Positions 12,350 to 24,135 of a stretch of 64,000 bases of DNA are shown here, in pieces. Each line of letters starts with the position of its first letter. Within the stretch, counting starts at the first letter, position 1. Under the pieces are notes generated by a model that saw nothing but the letters and a program-made list of their open reading frames with translations, was not told where the DNA came from and made no database searches. Location: the NCBI GenBank assembly GCA_051294375.1, contig CM119267.1, forward strand, positions 3,584,192-3,648,191. The letters are read 5' to 3'. This stretch comes from Paraspadella gotoi. Lineage: Eukaryota > Animalia > Chaetognatha. A program made the position numbers and the translations under genes.

Positions 12350-15300
12350 ATGACATCTAGTTTTGTTTCCGCGCCACGCCTCCTCCGACCCTGGCTGTCG
12401 ACGAGGGACGGGTTGGCGTCGGGGCCTCGAGCGAGATCTTTCTCGGCGGATCGAACTCCGATCGATCTTCGACGGTTGACGAGGATCAACTCCGGTCTAC
12501 TTGACTACCTCAACCTCGACTTCGGGTGCGCCGTCTTTTAAGTCAAAGTGGAGATACTTTATGATAGTAATTATTTTTTATACCCCTCGGCGTCAGTAGG
12601 CGTCCGAGAAACGCATTCGGCGCCCCATGGAAAGTCGCTCCAGATATTTCTCTACCTTTGATCGATTCGAGGTTTTCTAAGGTCAATCCGTTTCTCGCTG
12701 GAGGTTCTAGGTAAGCAAGCCAAAGGTTTTCATTTTCACCTCGTTAACGAAGGTTAGCGGCATATATGCCTCGTTTCCACTCAGGCACGAGCCTTTTGAC
12801 GGATCGAAGCAGAGCTTTGACGAAGCTTCAACGATCGTCGATCGAGTTTTCGGTTTTGAAGACGCCCTCTCTTTGACGCACGCCCATCGATTGGGTTCGT
12901 TGTTTTCTCTTTCATATTATACTTTAAAGACTGCGTTTATTACAAAAAAAGTAATTTTTTCATAGATTACATTTTAAAAGAGAATATTTTAGCGTCTCTG
13001 GAGGGAACAAAAAGCCAAAACAAATTTGGTTCTCCTAACGGATATTTTCAAAATGTCGGAGAAGGTACTAGTTATTGCTTTCAAAGAATCTCGTTATTAT
13101 CCCGATATTACACAGATATCGTTTTTTTCGGCAGGACTTTTGGCGTTTTATCCCAGCGAAGATAAGGATGTTTTGGTATCTGAAGATGTTGATATGAACA
13201 ACCCCGTCCTTTTATTTATTCATTGCAACTTGTTTAAAGGAGTTGAGCCGGATAAGAATGGTATTTTTTGAGTTCTTTTATTTTGGTTTACACATAGTTA
13301 TATGTACTAGTACTTTATTTCGATTCCGCAGACTCTGTGAAAATCGATGGAAATTCGTGGTTCTGGTGTCCTTTAATTAGGCCGAGGATCGATTCTGTTC
13401 CCGGCCTACAATTTGGCGAGGAGAAAGCGAAAAGAACCAGAGTCGATGATAATAATAAAATCCAAGACGAATCAGATTCAAGTAAGAGAAACAATTGAGC
13501 ATCTCTCGTCACGCAAATCTGTGTTCGAATACTAATCGTATGTCGTGCTTTTTCCGGCAGAACGGATTCTCCGTTTCTCCGGTCTTCTCGGCAGCCGAGA
13601 ATTATTGAGACCTCGAAAATCTCTCTTCACTGGATTCGATTGGAAGAAAACGGAAGGAGTGACGACTTCGACCTCCACCGCGAAGACGGGTCAGACCAAA
13701 GCGGACACGAGGATCACGATTCGAACCAAGAAAGAACTGCAACCCGTGCGAGAGTTAAAACCTCGAGACATCGTCGACCTTCTCTTGCGAGCCAATCCCT
13801 TTTTGAAAAGGACCAAAGACCATTTTAAATACGAATTCACCGACAAAGGGGGGAAAATTGAAATACCGGCTCACGATGCAATGGTCCGTAACTGTAGATC
13901 TTGGCTATTATTTATTGCCTTGCAACGCAGTTAATGGTTGAGGTTTCCTCGAATGATCTATAGGTTTCTGCGTTGGTGTCAAAAGGCAGCTGCACCAATT
14001 TCGTTTACGAGGGAAACGACTGCGTGGGCCTTTTCGACGAGACCATCTTTTATTCAGACGCTTGTAAGTTCATACAATATATATTATATAATGCATTGTC
14101 TCATAGGAAAGATTAAGTTTCGTGACTGAGATGGTTTCGTTCTCTTTCTCGTGACTAAATACGTCTCTTGGCAAAATTTGTGTCTCGTGGCTAAAGTTTC
14201 CTTCGAGTTGCTGAACATCTGTCTCCCGGATAAAATTTTGTCTCCTTGCTAAGATACTGTTGACCCTGTACTCGATTAATTGTAGCTCCAAGTATCATTG
14301 ATTGTAAACAGACGAAGCCCAATCTCCCGACGTGGGATTCGTGTCTTGGGACAAAGAGAGCGAACTTGATATTTTCGATGTGAAATCCTACGACGGTTTT
14401 GTTCTTCATTTCGGTAATCTTAAGAAAGGAGTCCTTCAAGTCGGCGACGAGGTCAAACTCAAGGTGTGAGGTCATTTGTTTTTATAACTTTTTTTTGTTA
14501 ACGTTATTGGTAAACTCGCCGACACTTGCTAATTTCGACCGCCAGGTGGATGAAGAACGACGTTTTTCCATTATGGCCAACCACACGTCGGCTCATTTGT
14601 TAAATTTCGGAATCGATCGCGTTTTGGGTCAGAAAAATTCCGAGACGGAATTGACCCAACCAAGGTTTTTTTTTCTATGTCTTGACAAATTTCCAACGAT
14701 CACGCAATGGCAGTAGTTATGACTTTTTTTTGTGATCTTCTGTTCAGAACCTCTTCGGTCGATGCCAACTTTTTATCCGTCGACGTGGAATCGAACCCTC
14801 GCTTGAACGAAGCCGATCTTTCTCAGCTTCAGAAAGTCGTCAATTTGCTGATTTTTCACGACGTACGTTCCGTCTTTTGTTTTAAAACGCGTTTTCCGCA
14901 TTCATTTTCTTTTTTTCGATCGCTCGCAGGTTCCCGTCTTCCGCGAAGACATCGCTCTGGATGACGCGAAGGCCTTGAACATTCCCCTTCATACATTGAA
15001 CCCTAGAATCGAGGTCGACGCTTCCGATCGAGTGAGAGACGCCGCTGATATCCCGTCGGCGGACGTGGACGCCGTCACAGTCGTTTCCGTCGGTGTTCCT
15101 CCCGGTGTTTTGGTCAACGACGTCGACGGTTCGCTCGGGTGAGGAGGTCGTTTATTGCCAAACATTTTCGGGTTTATAAAATACGCTTTGTGAGACAGAG
15201 GTTTTTATTCTTTTCACAGATCCTGTTCACTGGAGGCGTGCAGCGGTTCCCACGTGACGACGACTGGAGCGATTCGTTCATTCGTCATCACGGGAGTGGA

Positions 15301-16241
15301 TGACGTGGAAAAAGGAAACTTGCAACGTATCACGGCTGTCTCTAAGGTGAGTAAATCAATAAATTAAAATGTTAAATGAATATTGAAAAAAAATTCAGTT
15401 ATAATTACAAATATAAAACCAAAGAATTAAAATATTTTGAATTCCCTTATTAACTTAGTTATAATTTTTATTTTTTTAAAGGAAGGTGCTTGGAGGGCAA
15501 TGCGAAACGCGGAGATGCTGTCCTCTTTTCTCGACGAGTTGGAGAGAGAAGTTCGCGACGAGTTATCGCCCGATTCGTGGAAGGAAAAAATATCTGCGCT
15601 CGAGAGGTATAAAATTATACTACAATTAACTCGGTCTCTTATTAATATAAGTTACATGCGCCCTAAATTACGATTTCCCCAGAATCCTGAGCACGTCCCT
15701 CCTTCCCGTCGACGCTCGCGCCTCCTTTCGACGTCGCCTCGATCGCCTCCTTTCCGAGACGAAACCTTCATCCTCTCTCGGACTCGACGCCGAAGTGGCC
15801 CGTCAACTCCTGAGCGCGCGACTGTCTCGTCGCCAATCGGACAAACCGTTGATCGTTCGATTGAAATCGGAAGACTCGAAGACGATCAAACGCTGTCTTC
15901 TCAATGCGGCGCATTGGGCCCAAGATTTGGATTCTCGAAGGGGCCGCACCCCGTCGCCCGCGTTTCTCACATCGCGAGCTGGATCTTCCGTTTACTGTTT
16001 GTGTCACGTTCCTTCGAAGACGGTCGCCGACGATGGTGACGTATTCACCGCCGAACAATGGATGAGGACGATTTTCGCCCAAGTGGATTCGGTTCTCGTC
16101 GCCGGAACCGTCAATAAGCGAGTCGCGCCGGAACTGATGTTTTTCGGCTCCGTTCAAGTTGTTGACGATGAAGCCGCCGAAAAGCTGATGGCGAAAATCG
16201 AGCGGCGGGCGGAGAAGATCGTCGAGAAATGCTTGCCTTGA
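12350..16241 (+). CDS. Alanyl-tRNA synthetase-derived protein keeping the beta-barrel/editing (and probably C-terminal) regions with a non-homologous N-terminus; about 14 exons
   Basis: The spliced frame is open: TKDHFKYEF, DETIFYSDA, GFVLHFG..LQVGDEVKLKVDEERRFSIMANHTSAHLLNFGI, SLEACSGSHVTTTGAIRSFVI..RITAV align with the AlaRS editing module. No class II aminoacylation motifs are visible upstream. The N-terminus is R/S-rich and presequence-like. Confidence 0.75.
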
Positions 16242-16400
16242 TAATATTTGTTATGTTTTAATTTCGCTTTGTATCTTTGCTTGCTGAAAATTATTTATTT
16301 CATATCTAGTCATCTCACAACATTAATTGTTTTAATGTTCTACAGATCGAGTACAATGGTCATTGATATCACTTAATAAATACAATACTTAATAAACGTA

Positions 16401-17156
16401 ATGGCTCCACCTAAAGAAAGAAAACTTCTTTTGATGGGCTATAGAGCTGTTGGTAGGTGTTCGGTTTTTGTTGATAAGTATTGACCCAAGGTTGACCAAT
16501 TACCATTGTCGCTACGTTCAGGCAAGTCTAGTTTGACGATTCAACTCGTTGAGAACCATTTTCCCGACTCGTACAACCCAACGATCGAAAACACGTTTCA
16601 AAAGCAGCTCAAGTACAATGGACAAGCGTACGACCTCAATATCGTCGACACTGCTGGTCAGGACGAATACTCCATTTTCCCTCAGGTAGGGACGACCCGA
16701 TCGGACGAAACATCAAGACCCTGTCTTCAATTATCTTTCTCTTCTGACAGTCGTATTGCATCGACATCCATGGCTACATTTTCGTTTATTCGATCAACAA
16801 CGCCAAATCCTTTGAAGTTTGCAAGGTCATTTACGAAAAGCTAATGGACCTCGTGCAAGTTCAAGTTCCAATAGTTCTCGTAGGTAATTAAAGATTTATA
16901 ACGACATTGCAATAAACTCCTTCTTAATTAACACTTTTCGCAACGATTTTCAGGAAACAAATCGGACCTGAGTCCCTGCGAACGCGTCGTCGAGGAATCG
17001 GAAGGACAAAGGATGGCGGAATCGTGGAAGGCGAGTTTCATCGAGGCCTCCGCCAGATCCCCGGAATCCGCTAAGGACGTCTTCCTCGCCGCCATCGGCG
17101 AGATCGAGAGATCGGAGAGCGTTCCCAAGAAAGAATCGTCTTGTCTTCTCTCTTGA
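16401..17156 (+). CDS. RHEB: Rheb small GTPase, 4 exons
   Basis: MGYRAVGKSSL (Rheb-specific Arg in G1), YNPTIENTF, DTAGQDEYS, GNKSD, CaaX ending CLLS*. Confidence 0.95.
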
Positions 17157-17573
17157 AAATTCCCTTTCTCGCGATATCCGAACTTATCTCCCTCCATCCT
17201 TTATGATCGCCCCTTTAAGAGGTTTACGTAATAGCCAGTTTCCTCGTTCCGACTGTTCTCGATCGATAATTCGGAGTTCGATCGTAAGGAATTCGGTTAT
17301 ACGTCCGAAGGAAATTTCATTTCCTCTCGAAATCGTCATTGACTTTTATGGACTAATTAGGAAAATTATATTCCTGCGTAATTAAATTTTTTTTTATCAA
17401 CCGCACTTTTAAATATAATAACTGCGTGCCTTTTTATCTGTCGTACTTGACCTACGGTTGTTCAATTTCCCCCCGCCTCACATCACATTTCCCAGTCCGT
17501 TTCGCTGTCCGAAATTGAGTCCCGATTATTGTTCCTCGTTCGCTGTTCAGGACGATCCTTTGTTTTTTACAGA

Positions 17574-18719
17574 ATGGGAAACTTTTACTCAGCCTTCGCC
17601 ACTGCCACCTTCGGCGACACGGCGGAATACCTCGATGGTCCCGTCTACTCGGTCATCGAAGCTTTCGAAGGTTACGAGCTCCGCAGATACGACGAGTCAA
17701 TGTGGATGGCGACGCAGATCGATCGTCCGGAAGACCCCAACGAACAGCAGATCTGCACCGACCTCTTTTATCGTCTCTTCAACTACATCAGCGGAAAAGA
17801 AAACGAGGAGAAACGAAAGATGGAGATGACGACCCCCGTCGTGGTCAAGCCTTGCGGGGAGGCCGGCTTCAAGATGAATTTCTTTGTGCCGTTCAGTCAC
17901 CAAGCCAACCCTCCCAAACCTTCCGAGACGAACGTGACCGACGAGAAATGGCCGGCTTGCGAGTTTTACGTGAGAAGATTCAGTCCGCCCAACACGAAGC
18001 TCATGAATTACGTCAAGGAGAAGACCCTGATGATTTCCGCCATGGAGCGCGACGGTTTAGCGCTGAAGGAGAACTTCGTCTGGATGAGAGCCGGGTACGA
18101 TCCCCCTTACAAGCTCGCCAATCGGAGGAGCGAAGTTTGGATTCCCGCCGATCAAGTTACTCGGGTAGTCAAAGTTTCGAGCGAGGAATCGGCTTCGGGC
18201 GAGACCGACCCGGCCGACAAGGTTAAATCGGAAAAGGCCGACAACGAGAAATCGGATCTTCCCGACAACGAGAAATTGGAGACGCCCGACAACGCAAAAT
18301 CGGAGACGCCCGACAACGCAAAATCGGAGACGCCCGACAACGCAAAATCGGAGACGCCCGACAACGCAAAATCGGAGACGCCCGACAACGCAAAATCGGA
18401 GACGCCCGACAACGCAAAATCGGAGACGCCCGACAACGCAAAATCGGAGACGCCCGACAACGCACCATCTGAAGCAGCCGATGCAGGCGACACGTTGAAA
18501 GGCGCTACTGCTGACGTGGCCATTACTTCGCCAACTTCCGCTTCTTCCGTCTACTCTGAGTTCGAAAAAGCCGAAACCGAACCGGTGAAGGAGGCGAAAG
18601 ACGTGCCTGACGTCGACTCTGTCTCGAAATCATTGTCCGAAGTCAAAGTGTCCGATGAAGAAGTTCCCCCTTCTATTCCAAACCCAGAAGAAACCTCGAC
18701 CGAGTCAAAACCTCAATAG
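17574..18719 (+). CDS. SOUL/heme-binding family protein with N-myristoylation-type start and acidic repeat tail
   Basis: YELRRY, FYRLFNYISG, MEMTTPV, FFVP, AGYDPPYKLANRRSEVW are SOUL motifs. MGNFYS fits MGxxxS. Confidence 0.88.
   Translation: MGNFYSAFATATFGDTAEYLDGPVYSVIEAFEGYELRRYDESMWMATQIDRPEDPNEQQICTDLFYRLFNYISGKENEEKRKMEMTTPVVVKPCGEAGFKMNFFVPFSHQANPPKPSETNVTDEKWPACEFYVRRFSPPNTKLMNYVKEKTLMISAMERDGLALKENFVWMRAGYDPPYKLANRRSEVWIPADQVTRVVKVSSEESASGETDPADKVKSEKADNEKSDLPDNEKLETPDNAKSETPDNAKSETPDNAKSETPDNAKSETPDNAKSETPDNAKSETPDNAKSETPDNAPSEAADAGDTLKGATADVAITSPTSASSVYSEFEKAETEPVKEAKDVPDVDSVSKSLSEVKVSDEEVPPSIPNPEETSTESKPQ
18279..18470 (+). repeat. Coding 24-bp tandem repeat: ETPDNAKS x7 plus ETPDNAPS, with two degenerate units upstream from 18231
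   Basis: Unit gagacgcccgacaacgcaaaatcg is repeated identically. Confidence 0.97.
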
Positions 18720-19229
18720 TTGGCGGCAGTGGCTGAGATTTGTGCTTTTAACGATCTCTTGATTGGGACATTTTGAATTTTTAGTTATGCGTAACCCTAA
18801 AGATGAAGTGATTTATTTCGTAATTGTTATTTACATCATTGCCTTTTTAACATTTTTTTTCGGTACTTTAATGATCATTCGGAATTTTTTTTACTTTTAT
18901 CGTTTAACATTGATGAAGCTTCGTTTTCACTCAACTTATGGCGCAACTCTTTTTTTATATATTCCTCAACATTGTCTTTCCGTTTTTACTTCGTGAGCCA
19001 TCTGTGGTACTTAATTATGATAGTTTATATTTACTAGTCTTGCCATAAGTGCATATTCGCAATAATTATGTATTAAATCTGTTATATTCTCATTCGGCGG
19101 GTGTTATTTACTAAAAATCACGACATTCATCGTTAAACCCTTTTTTCCGTTTTCGTGTTTCGTTTGAAGATTTTTATATACAATCGGTGATATTTTTACT
19201 TGCTTCCCAGGCCTAGGTCACGTGACGAG

Positions 19230-21881
19230 ATGGGCGGTCGAGGCCAAGGCGCTAATTTCGCTTCCCCCTTCGGCCCCACCGGCTTCGAAGAATGGGGCGG
19301 TTACATGAACGCCAAAAGACAAAAGCTCATGGATCAGTTCGACGACGACCGAGCATGCAATTCCAATTTTATTTCCAAGTCAGAAATCTTTAAGGGCGTG
19401 GCCATCTTCGTTAACGGATTGACGACGCCCCCTGCCGCCGAGCTGCGTCGAATCATGCTGGAGCACGGCGGCGCCTTTCACACTTATTTTTCTCGTTCGC
19501 AAACGACGCACGTGGTGGTGTCGAGCATGGCCGAGTCCAAGAAGACCATGTTCGACAAGCTCCGCGTCGTCAACGCCGATTGGATCGTTGATTCTTTGAA
19601 GGCCGGAAGTCTGCAGGATTGGCACGACTATCGGTTCAAGTCGGAAACTGTCAAGGGTCAAAAGTCGGCGGATAAGTTTTTTAAACGATGCAAAGAAGAG
19701 ACGGAAACGAAGCCGGAGTCGGAACCTGATGTCGACGAAAGCGACGGTAGTATCGAATCCGCATCCATTGCTTCGAACCACCAATCCCCTCCGGAGACTT
19801 CATTCCCCTCTTCCTCTTTTTCCACCATCGGTCGTCCCCAGGACCCAGACTTTTTGTCGGAATATTTTAAAAACTCGCGACTTCATCACATATCCCAACT
19901 CGGGGCCGAGTGGAAAGAGTACGTCAGAAAACTGCAGGACGAGAATCCAAAGCGTTTTCCTGGACGGGATAGATTGAAAACATTCTCCGCGGAGAGGGTA
20001 CCATCCGGAGAAACAGTCTCGCGCGTCGTCATGCACGTGGACATGGATTGTTTCTTCGTCTCGGTGGGTCTCATTAGTCGGCCGGATTTACGAGGAAAGC
20101 CCGTCGCCGTGACGCACTCGAAGAATTCCGGGTCGGTGCGGGCGAGGCCGGGCGCGGATCTCGCCTACGAAATGGAACATTATCGATCGAAGAGAGAAAA
20201 GAAGTTAAAGACAGAGAGCGGAGGCGGCGAAAAGGAAGAACCGATTGACATCCGGGTCAAAAGCGATCCCTCACTCTCCGAAATGTCGACCTCCGAAATC
20301 GCGTCCTGCAGCTACGAAGCCCGAGCGGCCGGAGTGAAGAACGGTTCGTTCCTCGGCGCCGCCAAGAAACTCTGTCCTTCGCTCGTGACGATACCTTACG
20401 ACTTCGAAGGTTATCGTCGCGTGTCCAAGATTCTTTACGACACCGTCGCTTCGTACACGACTTCCATGGAGGCCGTTTCGTGCGACGAGTGCTTCGTGGA
20501 TTTGACAGAGACGATCGCGGCGACGGGCGCCGATGCCGAGACCGTCGCCGCCGCCATCAGGGAGGACGTTCGCGCGGCGACGAGTTGTCCCTCTTCGGCG
20601 GGTCTAGGTCCCAATCGTCTCGTCGCGCGACTGGCGACGCGAGTGGCTAAGCCCGACGGACAATTCCGGGTATGCGAGGACGGAGTGGCCGAATTCATGC
20701 GAGGACAATCCGCCAAGGACCTGCCTGGCGTGGGTCGGGCCACGATGTCGAAACTGACGAAAATGGGAGTTGCATCTTGCGCGGATTTTCAACAAGTGTC
20801 GCTCTCCGTCTTACAAAAAGAGTTCGGGTCGAAGATGGGCGAGTCGCTCCACGACGCATGTCGCGGAAAAGACGACCGACCTATCGACAGTTGTAAAGTC
20901 AGAAAATCCGTCTCCGTCGACGTCAATTATGGAATCCGATTCGAGAGACCGCGCGAACCTTTCTTGTTCCTCGACAAACTCTCGCTCGAGATGGAAACGA
21001 GGCTTAAGAATCTAGACATCATGGGCAAACACCTCTCGCTCAAAGTCCTCGTCAGAAGCAAGGACGCCCCGCGGGAAACGGCAAAGTTCGGAGGCCACGG
21101 CATCGTCGACCATCTCAACAAGAGCGTCGCCCTGGCGCGATTCACGCGCGACGCTGGCACGATTTCTCGCGAATGCGGCGCCCTTCTAGAATCGATGGGC
21201 GTGACCGGTGAAGACGGTGACGTCGACGTGAAGGACATTCGAGGGATGAGTTTGACGATGACCAAATTAGACAATCAATCGGCGGCGACGACCATCCAGT
21301 CGGGACTGAGAAACATCGCCGATTTTATTAAACGAAAGAGACGATCGAGTGGTCAAAGCAGCGACGCTGCGGATGACGGAGATCAGAAGTCCGCGGTTCA
21401 TGACTCTATGAAAGACTGGGATGGAAAGATAGAGGGAGACAATGTCCCGCTAAATGGCGAATCTTCTATTTTTCGGTCAAATGTGAATGAGCCTGAACAC
21501 GGAACCATCCCCTGTCAAGTCAAGTCTAGTCATCAAGAAGAGACCGCGTCGGAATGCGTTCACAACGAAACGATTCCAATTGATTCTCAGGCAGGGTTGG
21601 TGGATTTGCTTCCATTGGCTCAGATCAAACCCCTTATTAAAGAATGGCTTCGTTCCGGTACACCGAGACGCGAGGACTTGAATTTTGCTTGCGGCCTTTT
21701 GTTATCATGCATTTACGATGAGAACGACTTGGAGACAGTTTTCGTCCTTTGCAAAATGTTCGTTCGTTTGGTCAAAAAAGGGGAAATAAGCGAGATATGG
21801 CAACATGCTTTCTACGTCATGATACAAATCGTTCAGGATTGCGTTGAGAAAGAACTGGGTCATCCTTTTTTGCTCAATTGA
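19230..21881 (+). CDS. REV1: REV1 Y-family deoxycytidyl transferase, intronless
   Basis: WGGYMNAKRQKL, BRCT (IFKGVAIFVNGLT..WIVDSLKAG), SRLHHIS, MHVDMDCFF, SCSYEARAAGVKNG, SCDE, and a C-terminal REV1-CT (IKPLIKEWL). Confidence 0.95.
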   Translation: MGGRGQGANFASPFGPTGFEEWGGYMNAKRQKLMDQFDDDRACNSNFISKSEIFKGVAIFVNGLTTPPAAELRRIMLEHGGAFHTYFSRSQTTHVVVSSMAESKKTMFDKLRVVNADWIVDSLKAGSLQDWHDYRFKSETVKGQKSADKFFKRCKEETETKPESEPDVDESDGSIESASIASNHQSPPETSFPSSSFSTIGRPQDPDFLSEYFKNSRLHHISQLGAEWKEYVRKLQDENPKRFPGRDRLKTFSAERVPSGETVSRVVMHVDMDCFFVSVGLISRPDLRGKPVAVTHSKNSGSVRARPGADLAYEMEHYRSKREKKLKTESGGGEKEEPIDIRVKSDPSLSEMSTSEIASCSYEARAAGVKNGSFLGAAKKLCPSLVTIPYDFEGYRRVSKILYDTVASYTTSMEAVSCDECFVDLTETIAATGADAETVAAAIREDVRAATSCPSSAGLGPNRLVARLATRVAKPDGQFRVCEDGVAEFMRGQSAKDLPGVGRATMSKLTKMGVASCADFQQVSLSVLQKEFGSKMGESLHDACRGKDDRPIDSCKVRKSVSVDVNYGIRFERPREPFLFLDKLSLEMETRLKNLDIMGKHLSLKVLVRSKDAPRETAKFGGHGIVDHLNKSVALARFTRDAGTISRECGALLESMGVTGEDGDVDVKDIRGMSLTMTKLDNQSAATTIQSGLRNIADFIKRKRRSSGQSSDAADDGDQKSAVHDSMKDWDGKIEGDNVPLNGESSIFRSNVNEPEHGTIPCQVKSSHQEETASECVHNETIPIDSQAGLVDLLPLAQIKPLIKEWLRSGTPRREDLNFACGLLLSCIYDENDLETVFVLCKMFVRLVKKGEISEIWQHAFYVMIQIVQDCVEKELGHPFLLN

Positions 21882-22023
21882 TCATTTGATGTTATTTATT
21901 TTGTAAAACCAATTTTTTTAAGCAACTTTGAAACTGGAGATGATTGTTTCTTGTTCGAAATTTTTCGAAATTGTAACAATTTTATTTAATATTTTAAGCC
22001 GATTGAAAAATTTTGTGTCCATC

Positions 22024-23407
22024 ATGGCGGAGGCGTCGTCTGGTGACTTGAAGCTCGATTGCTTTTTTTGTGAGCTTCCATTCTCAACGAGAAAACATCT
22101 CCATTCCCATTTAAAAACCCACGTATGCGAAAAAAGACACAAGTGTGACATTTGCAAACTGGTTTTCGGATCTTCCCATAAATTGGAAGCGCACATAGTA
22201 GGTTTTGGCTTTAAGTTTAACGTATTTTTACCCATCGAATTTTCTTTTACATACGTTTGCTATTTTTATAATGTTTTCCAGTGTGTGCCCTGTCACTGCT
22301 TTAGATGTGACCCTGAAGGTGCGGAGAAATACGTGGAAGGGATTTATTCCCGCTTTCTCAAGATTCCCCCGACGCAGATCGATCGGACTTCGGCCCCTTA
22401 TCTCAAGCGACTTCATTTCTGTCGACGCCGACGAGAAGAGGAAGACGAAACCAAAGCCACCTACACTTGCACTATTTGCGGATCCGTCATTAAAGGCCTC
22501 CCCGTCTTTGTTAAACATATGCAGGTTTGCGAATTAGTATCTTTTGCACGCTGATTAGAATTATCGCCTATGGAAATTATAAAAAATAAAATTGATTTTT
22601 GCCCAGGTTCACGCAAAAACTCTCCCGCCCAAATCTCCCGGAAAAGCTTCGTTTTATTGTATCCAATGCAAAATCTCTTACCGAGGCTCCATTCCATACC
22701 TAAAGCATCTGAAGAGGCATCTCATCGCAATCGTGCGCCGCCAAGGGATTCGCGAGCGAGGAGTGGAATATGACTTTTCCAAAGAGTCCTACGAGCCGGG
22801 CGCTTCCTTCGTTTGTCCCGTTACTTCTTGTCGCGCGAGTCTCCAGTCGGACATTGCCATGATCAAGCACATGGAAAGACACCTCGCCAAGTTTTCCTTT
22901 GTCAATGATTTGCCGTCGAAGGATCTCTACTCGGATTCAAACATTCCGTCGGTCCCCGTTGTTAAACCATCCGAGGAGGAAGCGACTCCGTCAAAGAGGC
23001 AGCGTAAGCAAGACCTTAACTCGTCGCTTTCGCCCCTCGCCGACGAATCGTCGATCGAAAACGTTTGCGACGTCTGCCCCCGAACCTATTTCTTGCCCAG
23101 TTATCTCTTGGATCACAAAATTATAACTCACGATTACCAAGGCTCCAGCTGCCGGATTTGTTACAGGAGACTGGAGAATGTGGATAAACTCTTGGATCAC
23201 GTGAGGGAGATACACGACCCGCAGAAGTTGAGGGAACTTCTTCGATGCGTCGAATGCAAAACCGAGTACAGTTCTTATGGAAATTATCTTCAACACTGTC
23301 ACGACCTTCATAATTTCGTCGGCACGAAATGTCAAGTTTGTGCACTTGAGCAGAAAGACGTCGACCGTTTGATAAATCACGCGGGATATCACAAACTACC
23401 TTCTTAA
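22024..23407 (+). CDS. Multi-C2H2 zinc-finger protein, 3 exons
   Basis: Repeated CxxC...HxxxH units (CFFC..HLKTH, CTIC..HMQVH, CIQC..HLKRH, CDVC..HKIITH and others); introns approx. 22202-22280 and 22525-22606. Confidence 0.85.
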
Positions 23408-23556
23408 TTTTTTATTTTCTTTAATGTATTTTAATGTATATTTTAATTTTCAAAAATATTTTGATATTCCGTGACAACTTATCTGACATGTAATATTTTA
23501 ATTTTAAACGTTTATTTAAACTCGTTTAATTTTTATCCGTTTTAGTTTGAATAAAA

Positions 23557-24004
23557 ATGGTCGCGACTAAAAAGTCTAAAAAGACTCTGGAGAGCATCAA
23601 CTCTCGCTTGGCGTTGGTCATGAAGTCGGGAAAATTTTGTTTGGGGACGAAGCAGACGTTGAAGTCTCTTCGACAAGGAAAAGCCAAACTAATCATCATC
23701 GCTAGCAATTGTCCGCAATTGAGGTGAAATATAACCAGAAAATTATTTTTAATGTCCCTCCTGTTGTTTGTTATAATCGCCTATTTGCCAGTAGCCACAC
23801 AACTTACGTTTTTTTTTTTTTTTAAATAGAAAAAGCGAAATCGAGTACTATTCCATGCTTGCCAAAACGGGCGTCCATCACTACAACGGGAACAACATTG
23901 AAATGGGGACGGCCTGCGGAAAATACTTTCGTGTATGCGTCATGTCTATCACGGACCCGGGAGACTCTGACATCATCAGATCGATGCCTTCTGGCGAAGC
24001 ATAA
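23557..24004 (+). CDS. RPL30: 60S ribosomal protein L30 (eL30), 2 exons
   Basis: [26 protein letters not shown]...; intron 23724-23829; [29 protein letters not shown]. Confidence 0.97.
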
Positions 24005-24135
24005 TTTGATCCGACTCGTAAAGAATCTTGAAAAATGGCCTGGCGTCAAAAAAGCAAGCTTCCGTTGTTATTAATTTCAAAATATATATTTTTTTATTTT
24101 AAAGAAAATAAAAAAATGAGACAATTCGGATCGGA

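Noticed and set aside
18279-18470. Regular repeats considered as a CRISPR array
   Set aside because: No spacers; in-frame coding tandem repeat in a eukaryotic gene.
19217-19226. Palindromic E-box/CLEAR-like GTCACGTGAC before REV1
   Set aside because: Single occurrence, located between the putative acceptor and the ATG; no support for promoter function.
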